Made by a program: the position numbers and the translations under genes
Notes under the pieces: generated by a model
Databases searched by the model: none
Told to the model about the DNA's origin: nothing
What the model saw: the letters and a program-made list of their open reading frames with translations, nothing else
Assembly (NCBI GenBank): GCA_010015805.1
Contig: ML978144.1
Span: 124,001 to 188,000 of the forward strand
Origin: Rhizodiscina lignyota
Lineage: Eukaryota
Reading direction: 5' to 3'
DNA: 64,000 nucleotides
Shown: positions 24,314 through 34,548 of the stretch, piece by piece
Numbering within the stretch: position 1 is the stretch's first letter
How the letters are laid out: each line of letters opens with the position of its first letter

Positions 24314-25486
24314 ATGCCTCTGGAGAGGGTCGCTGTTGGTCTTGGGGGCGTTTGGGTTGGCGCAAATTGTCGCGCACAGGTCAGGTGACCGCGCTTTGTT
24401 CTACTTCAAACGGATTGATTGGATGCAGTATGGGGCAGCTAGTTCTTATTTTGACTTGGGAAATCAAAAGTTTATTGCTTTAACATTGCCCTTTGTGCTC
24501 TATGATAGTCGTTCCGAGGCTCTGAAGCTGAGAGGCGAAATTGATTTGGTCCTGGTCTATCCTACTCTAGGCCGGTTTGGGCTTAGCTCCGAGTTCTCTC
24601 CATTGCCGAGTGGCCCCCTATCCTTTGTATAATCTTCTTTTATTTCTAGAAAGATACAATGAAGTTTTGTTTTAATCTAGTGTCCTTCGTACAGTTTCAA
24701 TAACTCATTCGTTTGCTTGGATTATCACAGAATCATGCCGAAAATTAGAGAAGCCCAATCCAACCTCCAGCACTGAACCAGGGCTACGAAATTTGTTGCG
24801 GCCTTGACCCTTATTCCCTTAGTACAGCTAGTTTTCAACAGCTAGGAGCCATTCCAAATGTAGTTGACTCTGAGCAGACTGGACTTCAAATGCTACTGCT
24901 TCTAACCTCGAGAGGGATAAAAACGCTGTCAGCTTCCAGGATGTCGCCATAGCAATGATGTGACGTACAGTTACTCAGTTTGCTCGGTGATGGAGCCTTT
25001 CTTTTTCCTCAAGCATTAGTAGTAGGTTGATATGCGTGTAAATCATCTTGAACAGCATAGTGGCCTTGCAACATGTAGATTGAGAGATGATAGTTAATCC
25101 GCACAAGATATCGAATAGCCGTCCATTTTTCTACAAAGATGTACAAGCTGCAATGCTCGTATATACACACACACACGAATCATCACAGGGACAGGATCTC
25201 GTCCCAAATGTACTCGTGAAGTGTGATTCCAAGGAACACATGTAGACACCAGTGTGCTTGGGAAGACCTTCAAACTTCACATCTTCTCGGTGCACCTCAC
25301 AGAGCTGTATTGTCCGAAGGCTTTAGGGAGTTATTTTTCATCACAGCAATTCCTCCACAATCATAAACCCCCTTCTCTCCGATCTTGGCAAACTAGGTGT
25401 CCAGCCTCCTTTCAAATTGTGTCTCCACTGAATATCCTGTTGAGTCCAACAACAACATCGATCTTTCAGAGTCCGCGATTCCCAAC

Positions 25487-27482
25487 ATGGCGACTACCGA
25501 TACGGCGCCATTCGATCCTAGCCCACTGTCTTCCACACTTGCGGCACCATTTCAGGTCGGTTCGACGAAGGGGCCCACGGCTGTTGTGCCGAGTGGCATG
25601 GATTCGCAGGCTTCGCCGGACGAATATGGTAAGTGGTATGCTGTTAAAACGATCCTGCAATAAAGTAGCTAAGTGTGATATAGTGGTGCCCCAAGGGACC
25701 GGAGAAGACCATACCTCATTCATGGCCAAGTATCAAGACTTCAGCGACGATAATCTTCCGCCCGAGTTGGCATGGATCATCGAGAGCCGCCCTGAAAACC
25801 ATCCTCACCGATTCACACCTCTGAAAGCTTTTACCCCGATGGGCACTCCGATTGGTACACATGCGTCAACGACAGAAGGCGTCCCTTCGAAGAGGCTTCC
25901 AATTCCAGAGCGCATCTATTCCAAAGCCTCCGAAGCATGGATCATTCTCTTCATGACCCAGGGAGCTGATCTGAAGGATATTATGGCCAGGTGGCATCCT
26001 AGCATCCCCAAAGCGCGTGTGGGGACCTTGAGCCAGCAGTTACAGCGCTGGCGGATAAAGGCCCTGATTCTGGCCAACAACTCGCGACCCGATTCGAAGC
26101 AGTCGAGAGACATCATCCGAAAACTCCATCAAATCGATCCTGATAATTTCGATGAACTTCTGTTACGAGGTGTTAGCTGGAAGCTGAGTGGGTCCATGGA
26201 GCAACGAAAGATGACGCAGAGGACATCCGCAGAACTAGACCACCCGCCGTCAAGTGTGCCGAACTATCGCGGAAAAGCGTATGATGCTCCGCCGCTCGCA
26301 GAGGTGTCGGGAAAACTTAGGAAAGTTGTTAAGGCAGCTGGTTTCAATATTCCCACAGTTGTCGGATTCTTAGACGGACAAAAGGTGAACCCGAGAGTCG
26401 TGTCCCAGGGCAACCTGAGCCCTTCAACTCCACAGAGTGGCGTTCTGCAAACAAGCGTTGTAAGCGCTGCGGTAAACATCAACAAATTCAAGGCGCTGAC
26501 GCATTTTCAGGCAAAATCCACGCTACCGAACCAATCATCATCCCCAATATCTGCGCAGGAGGTCGAAAATTTCCTGGGTTCGCCTCAAGCAATTGCAGAC
26601 GACAGCCCACATTCGAATGGCAGCTTTGCGCTACCACACGTCCAGGAGGAGGATTTGGAAAAGATTAGCGCGACCTTGGTGAGTGCTCTAGCCAACGCGA
26701 ACTCTGAACCTAGGAGCTATGGCCATTATAGTCAACAACACCCCCCGTCGACCAATGAAAATGCTCCTCTGTTCGCGAGCCAGGATGGAAATGAAACTTA
26801 CGATAGCCTTCCTCTCCCTGGAGCACATATTTTTGCTCATTTAAACCCCACACCTGCTATTGTAGTCGAACAAGCGTCACCGGAACCTCCTCAAAACAAT
26901 ACACTGAGCCCACCGCTCTGGGGTGGAGTGATGCCTGGACGAGAAGTCCCTCGACCAGTTGGTAAGCGAATGGCAGAGGAAATGGAGGGCGCGACGCATG
27001 CGCTTGGAAGCTATTCCAAGTATCAGAAGGTAGTAGCCACAAGCATCAGGGCTCACGGAATGTTATTGACAATCAGGCAGGGGGTCGATTCAAACCGCCA
27101 CAGAGCTGCGCACATTCCAGAGATAGAAGAGCCGGCACAAGCGGACTTGGAGTCGATGATAATGAACTTCCACAACCGACCTCGACTTGTGCCGAAATCA
27201 CGCATCGTCGCAGTACCCCAAGACGCCTCATCACCTGTTTCAGACGCACCGCAACATAGCGATGTCGACGCGATGAGTCTCCCAGTTATGCCTCCATTAC
27301 CAACCGAAGATGACGAACTACTACCGATCAACCCGGAGCTTGCGCCACAAGAGTTGGAATGGGAATACATGCGTGAGGGTATCGATATTCGTTCAGAAGA
27401 CATAATTGGTTTTAGCTTTGATAACTGTCCGGGGGATGATTGTGAGGATGTCAGAGAAGAGATTGATGACTCTTCAGACTGA
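25487..27482 (+). CDS. Uncharacterised family paralogue F (closest relative of E)
   Basis: ATG at 25487 and a phase-1 intron 25629-25683 lead into VVPQGTG...DFSDDNLPP...LPIPERIYS...GADLKDIMARW...QRWR...FDELLLRGVSWKLSG...AGFNIPTVVGF. The tail is long and low-complexity, with a possible further intron near 27030-27080. Confidence 0.85.
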
Positions 27483-28650
27483 AGAAAGGTGGATTATGGG
27501 ACATGGAGATCCACGCTAGAGAAAGCAATTGCGACTTTGATTTAGTTCGAAGGGCTCGCGGAGGACAGTCGGGAGGACAGTGGAGAGGACAGTTCCGAGG
27601 ATCAAAATGGAGTAAAGCAGTGATAAGGCTGAAATCGTTTCAATGATGTATTTGGTAGAGGTCGCTGGATGGTTCCATAGGACATTGCGATGCAGTTGCC
27701 ATTCCAAAGCTTGTACGCTAATTTTATGACGGGACTGTTTCTTTTCTCCTTAGCTCGCATCAAGGCGAGTGCGTCAAAGCAAATCAGATGTGAAAACAAA
27801 ATGATTGGCCTCTTCGGATTTTCGTCGCTTCGTGTATTTAGAACGGCCAACCAAATCGGCGACCCATCCGTGAGGTATTGCCTCACTTTGAACCACCTGG
27901 TATTTGGGCTACAATGAACACAACTGTTGCAGTGGAAACAATGCGGAAGATTCCGACGTTGAGCAATCTGCTGCCGTTTGTTGAGGCTTTTGGGAAATTA
28001 GGCAGTCGTTTCAAGAGTTTATCCAGCCCTCTCTGATACCCCGAGATGTGAATTCGAACGACAGGAGCTTTGCAGCGAAGTAGGAGACCTCACTGTTCGA
28101 CAGCCTTCTAACTGAGACTAAATTCTTTGGGAACGGCCTTTTTGCTGATATTGTCATCCAACCAGTGCCCATGGTAGCTTGATGTAATCGTAGACACCTA
28201 TCATATTCCGACTTTGAGGGGCACAATAGCATCCATTAGTGACATCAATAGGCTTAGCCAGAGCAGGGGTGTCCCTCAAAGTAGATAGAGACTCGGCTAG
28301 TCATGTGGCAGGGCGTTGAATAGGTGTTCGGATGTGAAACCTACATTGATGGGAGTCCGAGCTTGTGTATTGTCCCTTTTGTGCTATTGAAGGCCATTCT
28401 CCAGCCACCACCAATCTGCAAACCATCAGCTCCAACAAATTCGATAAATCTTCCGCACAAATCTTGCAGTGCCTGGATCAGAAAACATTTTGTCGTACTG
28501 GAAATTCCTTCCTTCACGTCCTAGAAACATTCCCAAGCACTCGATCACACTCGACACAGCAACTTTCCAACACCCGCGGTGCTGGTCACCATTATCAGAC
28601 AGAAATCACCAAAGCAACACCTCTTTCTTCTTCCCAAGCCGACAGAAGCA

Positions 28651-30617
28651 ATGTCGACTGCAACCATGCCAGGAAGCTCCCAGCGTAACACTCTTTCTTG
28701 GATCACATCGTAGGTCTCCCCTTCCTCATCTCCACGAGACACAGGCAATCCACGCCATCGTTATCAGTCAATAGAGTGCAAGCGCTGATATGTTTCCAGC
28801 TATGGCGAAATAATCACACCCCCCGCAGCGTCGACATACAGCGAGCGAGCTGTCAATGCTACCGGAAATTATCGTTGCCAACCCATACGTATCGGCCAAG
28901 AGCATGCTGACTTTGGATATTTGAAATGGCGCACCCACGGTCCAGATGGTGATGATGCGCGTGCGGCCCTTCTTGGTATCAGTACGCCCGAAGACTTAAT
29001 CCGTGCCTTTGTGATGAACCCAAGCCGACAAGATCTCGATAATATCTTCATGGACTGGGTCCCCGGTCGCCTCGAAGGCTCTCGACAGACAGACGAAGGC
29101 CGCGTACCGTTGAATGCACGATCCCATATCACATACATGGAGGCTCGGAGGGAAAGACTTGGACTGCAGCCTCTCGACTTGGCCCAGCAGCCGTTCACTT
29201 GGGCAGGTTCAGATCGAGATTGGTATATGCGACCAGGTGCCGATGCAAGTGTCTTGCATGCTAAGCGGACTCGTGATGACAATGGCTCCACAACCGTCCA
29301 AGACATCGAGTCAAGGCCAGAATGGAATGGCCGGACCCTCTTCAAAGGAAAACAAGGCGGCCCAAAAATGAAGAGACAGATTGGCCTGAAAGTCCAAGGT
29401 GGATCTCATCAGCCATCAGTGGACTATCTTCAGCTCTCACAGCGAACTGTCATACCAGGTGGACCGTTTGCGTATAGTAAGTCTTGAAAGTCGATTAGTT
29501 CTAATAGAAGCTGATGGTGGCAGTCGATCCTCCGCGACAAGGATACCTTGAAGGTTCGGACGGCGAGCCTCAACCAGACAACGAAAACGTTACGTCGTTC
29601 CATCCCGGTCTGGCCAATATGAGCTGGAGGAACCTGCCAGAGATCATGTACCGATGGCAGCCAACCGACAGAGACACACACCCAGAAGGATCAGAGCCAC
29701 CGCAGATGGAGGACGCAGACGGCCGGCCTATGTTCGATCTAGCGGATCCTAACCATCCAGTGCCCATATTGGATTATCCTTTCCTGCCACATCGTATCTC
29801 GACCGCTGTCACTGGCGAGTGGCTCGAAGTACTTTTCAGACTGAGTGGCGCGCGTATGCCATACAACCAAATACTGGCTCGAATGCCCACACATGTCGTA
29901 CGCCCGACACCCAATTCCATGCAGATGGCGCGGAGCCGAGTAAGAGAGGGAGAGCTGTATCAGTCGACCTGGTGGGCTGACAGACAAAAGTCGGCGAAAC
30001 TCATGGCGGATATTCTTCAAGCAGCCTCAGGTGGGGATCCAGGCATCGCTGATCGGATAGTCAAGACAAATTCGACTCGTGGGATAACTCCGGGACTCAT
30101 TGATCCGGCAAGGCCGAGAGGAGCGGATAACTGGAAACCTTTCACCGGTGAATTCTTGGCCCGGCAAGATGCAAAGAAAGTCTCGCAGTTGAAGAAACCG
30201 TATGAGCGTATCACCAGAGCCGAAACCGCAGAGGGCGGGCGACGAAAGACAAGAGGGCAAACTCGAGCTGCGCTTGAGCTCGTGAATGAAGATAAAGGCG
30301 CTTGGCAAGGCGCGACGAAGAAGCGCAAGCGAGACGAGCCACACAGCGAAAGAAACGCTGCCCACATCGGTGAGGCGAGCACGTCGGGAAGCCCAGAAGG
30401 TGGCAAGGGGAGTGAAGAGCAGAACGGAGACGGCGGCATGAAGGATTGGGGCGTCAAACGCCGTAAATTGAAGATGATCCGGAAACCGTGGCTGGCTCCG
30501 CTCGTGGACGAGTCCGACTCGGACAACGGCGACTTCGATACCCTCGAAGGGATCGCAAAGGTCCGTAGGTCGGGCCTGTACGGTAGTCGGCGAAGATACC
30601 GCTCCTATCGATCGTAG
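28651..30617 (+). CDS. Uncharacterised family paralogue G (most canonical-looking member)
   Basis: Exons 28651-28709, 28800-29476 and 29524-30617 join in frame. The core reads MSWRNLPEIMY...DADGRP...ILDYPFLPHRISTAVTGEWLE...YNQILARMP...NSMQMARSRVR...W...NSTRGITPGLIDP. NLS-like KKRKR and KRRK. Confidence 0.85.
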
Positions 30618-30768
30618 AGCAGACGTCTATGCCAACGAGCGACCAAGACCAGGGCCTCCTCCTCCGTCATCATCTTTCGATGATGATATGGGGGAGCGAG
30701 GCCTGATGGTGCTCAATGGATCTGCGAGTTGAAGAGGTTCGTCAACGGACCTCGTTGCCCAAGTTGGC

Positions 30769-31833
30769 CGCTCGTTGGCGTAGAAAGTCTGCTCCACGGT
30801 CGAGAAGAGCGTGGTCTTCGCCCTCCGATTTACGGATCTTTGTGACCACGTCGAGTTCGGGCTCGTCAACAAGCGCAGCCAACCATGGATTTCCCATCAT
30901 CCTTCAATTTACGGTGTTTGTTTTCTTTTCTTTTTCTTTTCTTGCTTCTCGAGATAGACGGACGGTCGACGGACGTCGACGGATAAGAAATTCGGAGGAT
31001 TTTCGGCCTTGGCATGGGCCGCCCATTTCCGCCCTCAGGCGGTGTCATTTGGAGTTTGGAGTTTTTCTGGACTGTTTCTGTGCTTTGTTTACTTGTTTTT
31101 CTCGCCTTTTGCTTTGCGCGCCATACCGTAGAAATCGCAATAGACAGCGGGACTGTCTTCAAGCTTCTGCTCTTCCAATCATGGCGACGACAACAGTATT
31201 CCTCCAAACCGACCATCTTTGTCACCAAAGATGCCTTGACTCTAATTTGGATTGTGACCATGGTTGTCTCAAAGAGCTGTTGTTGTTAAACAGCCAATCC
31301 TGTCCAGCTCATGGCTATCCCTCTTTCCATGTCGTTGTCCTGTTCTCTCAGAGCTGTTTATCTTAGTATTCTTTAAAAAGCCAGTTACTCAGATGCGTAT
31401 TTGTCGAGTACAATATACTTCAAGCAGCAAGCAGAACTGGACTTGGGCCTTACGGCAACAGTAAGCTCTCGGGATCGGTTCCGACATCTTATGTCGAATG
31501 ATAGATGGATCCTGCGGTAATCAGTGTGCATGAAAACCTGCTGATGGATTGGGTTCAGCCTTCGGTAACTGGTTGGGAAGTAGCAGAAGATGTCGCTCAT
31601 CAGTTGCCCAAACTGATGTGTTCATAAGGAAGGATTGAATTTGATGCATTAAAAATTCTCTGTGTGTTTCCTCCGCTCCTTGTTTCCCACCACCACTGGT
31701 AGCCTGACTCGTGTCGGCTCAAACTATCCGGACGTAGCTCAAGTATGACAGTGGGTAGTCTCGGGTTCCCGATGGGCGTGGCAAGCACGGAGCACAAATA
31801 ATTTCTACTCGCTAATACAATTGAGTACATCAA
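30769..31833 (-). pseudogene. Decayed inverted (tail-to-tail) copy of the 3' part of paralogue G
   Basis: The reverse complement of 30769-30919 aligns to 30456-30641. Further minus-strand fragments match G: RLPTVILELRPDSL..HESGYQWWWETR vs RMPTHVVRPTPNSM..EGELYQSTWWADR, QLMSDIF vs KLMADIL, and TPPEGG..KKRKR..KHRKLK vs TAEGG..KKRKR..KRRKLK. It carries many stops and frameshifts. Confidence 0.7.
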
Positions 31834-32573
31834 TGAAAGTACAATTTCATATTTATTAACCAGTATCTAATGAAATTGTAGAGTTTCGAGGAAAATGATA
31901 TATCGTGATTGAAGATACTACCGTGACCATGGGCGGCAACGTAGCTAATCAGCATCTGTAGTTACAGCACTTATTTGTATTTTTCACGCGTGGTACCACT
32001 TACAACTCTCTACGAACACGTGGGCCACATTACACACACACCACTGCAGGCGTGATACTCATGGTGACAGAAGCCTCACTTTCGCAGGGCGTTGACGGGT
32101 CAGGAGTGGTCCACCACTATGGGAAGCCGCCGATATTCGGCCCAGCTGGTTACGGTGCAGTCCCAAAGGCTATGGCGGACGCGTATTCCATCTACGGATC
32201 TATACGCAAGTCGACACAACTCAGTCGCGAAAATCAGGTATTCGTGAATTTGATTCCAGATGCATACAAAGACGGCCACCGAGTGTACGGAGGATTGCTA
32301 CTATTTCCTCGTATCTAGAGACTAGTAGCGTTCGCAATGGTAGCCTCACTCTCGAGGCTGGCTGAATTGGTAGTCGCCGGGTAAGCTTAAATGGTAAAGA
32401 GGAAGTAGCTTATACATTTCAAGGTAATTGAGACTATTCTAGAAAGCTTAGTCATGCATTCATTAAAGTATATATAACCAGCGCATACGGTTGAGAAACT
32501 CGTACGCTTCGTTGGCGGCACCGTGGCTATTCAGCGTTTTGCAAGTTGCGCCCAACATTTCGTCACGCTCTGC

Positions 32574-34030
32574 TCATCCAGTAACCATGGGCCCAAGTTG
32601 CCGTAGTACACGCTTCGGGCGCTGGACAAACGTCAGTATCGAAGGGAAGAGTAAGAGCGCGGTGCAACGAGAGAAGCAGAATAACCTACCTGCTTAGTAT
32701 CCACTACCAGCACACCTTCCTCTGCCTTTCCCAGCTGTCCGAAGACTCTAATATCACCTTGCCGCACTCGCACTACTGTGCTGCTTCCTGCATAGCGCGC
32801 ATTGTCCTCAACTCCGCATCGATTGGCGAAGATCATAGTCACCTCCTCCATCCCTCGATTAACGGGCCAGAAGCGGTCCATCCAGTATGCGAAAGTGTTC
32901 ATGTCTGGCTTGTTAGGATCCAGGGCGAGCTCATCTGGTGATAGGTTAGTGAGCCATGCCATACTGAGGACGATGGTTGGCGCTTTTGCGGAAAGAGCGG
33001 CGGTGGCAAATTCGTATTTTGTGTAGTCGATGAACTTGTACGGGTTTATGTCCATGCATATGCCATGATGAATTTGTCCCAGTGGTGTGCCCAGGTCTAC
33101 TGAGCGGAAAGGATTCTCCTTTATGAGACACTTCTCTGCTATGAGAGTTTTGAAATCACGTCCAAGAGAGCCACTAATAGCCTCAGATGCGTTGGAAGGC
33201 GACTTATCTAGAGGGGTCACAGTGTCTCCATTCGACGGTGGACAAATCTCTGTCTCTGGATCGACCAGTGCTGTCATTGCTGCGAGTTCGGAACGCTCCT
33301 GTGCCTCGGCAGCAACCGCAAGATAGACAGGCGTTGTAACTGATGGTAAACTGATCGGGATGCCGGGACCTTCGTCTGCCCAGGATTCGTCGGTGTAATA
33401 GAGGAAGCACTTGCGGTAGTGATATATTACTTCGCCCTGCGGGTTCACTGTGACTGTTGAATTGTACCGTTTCGGTACCGGGAGATGTGATCGTGCAAAC
33501 GAATTGTGTAGCAGCGTCGAATGCCTGGCTGCTAGTAGTTTGAATTTCTCATAATCAATGCGTGGTTCGGGAAGCGCCGATAAGACATCCTTAAGCTCTT
33601 GAAGTTGCACGTCGGTGAGACATGATATGTCTACATCGCGCAGAATATTCTCCATGATCGGGGCATGGCAGAGATCACCAAGTTTCTCGGAGGCGCGAAG
33701 CGTCATTTCGTGCGCATAGACAACGGTTTCCGGATAGCCAACAGTAACGTGACAATTGTATCTATTTGCTGTTCTAATTGCCCATTTGGTCGAAGGCCCA
33801 CTGGCGGTAGGTTCCAGGAACGGTTGGATATGCTGGAGACTGGGGAAATTGTAGCCCGAGAATGCCATCTCGGGGAGGATAAGCCAGTCTATCCCTCCAC
33901 CGCGGAACTCTCCAGAACCCTCCAGCAATTCCTCCGCTCTTCTCATGTTCTCTTTGACCTCGCCCAGAGAAGGATTAAACTGAAGGCAGGCGACCTTCCC
34001 GCCCTCACGCAGTCCACTTCCGAACTCCAT
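32574..34030 (-). CDS. NTA1: Protein N-terminal Asn/Gln amidase (nitrilase/carbon-nitrogen hydrolase family), NTA1-like
   Basis: Motifs ACLQFNP, LILPEMAFSGYNFPSL, YRKCFLYYTDESWA, GICMDINPYKF, LSMAWL and FANRCGVE..YAGSS provide the E-K-C triad. A terminal intron near 32622-32690 gives ...RPKRVLRQLGPMVTG*. Confidence 0.9.
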
Positions 34031-34548
34031 GTCGTATCATAAGAGCCGGGTGGGGGAGCAGCTTTTTCAAGGAAACAAGGCAAAAGTGTGAGAAAATTCT
34101 TGATGAACGGGCACCCCGATACACCTCGACACTAAGTACGAACTCAGAGATTTGGCAAGAGGAGCAGCATCGCTTTAGAGATTGTACGCGAACCCACAGC
34201 AACTAGGATGCGCTGCGTTACACTGCAGCCTGAATAGTACGAAGGAGGAAGGTGAGATACCTTATGTGAAAGCGTGAGTGGAAGCAGCTTTTCATTACGA
34301 AAATAGTGACATGTCCGCTAAGGAGTGATGAAGTTGACACGCAGTGGGTGTCAAAGTCCAGACTCTTGGCGTTGCATTTGGAGGGAAGGGTGCTCCGAAC
34401 CAAATGCAAATGCACCCACCATCGTATTGCATTGCGAGCCTGTCCGAAATCCTAGAAATCATAGAAATCCTCGGCCAGCAGCTACACAACGCCGCAGTTG
34501 GTCCAATGGCGAGCTATATGGATCGGTAGCAGTTCCAGAACCGCCTCA

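Noticed and set aside
27560..27602. Short spaced repeats gaggacagt x3 (also 21-bp x2 at ~15072-15120)
   Set aside because: These are ordinary mini/microsatellites, not CRISPR-like: eukaryotic DNA, no unique spacers and no cas genes.
1..32000. Interpreting the accessory island as a Starship or other giant transposon
   Set aside because: No tyrosine-recombinase captain (DUF3435), boundary repeats or typical auxiliary genes are visible in this window. It cannot be excluded for sequence left of position 1.
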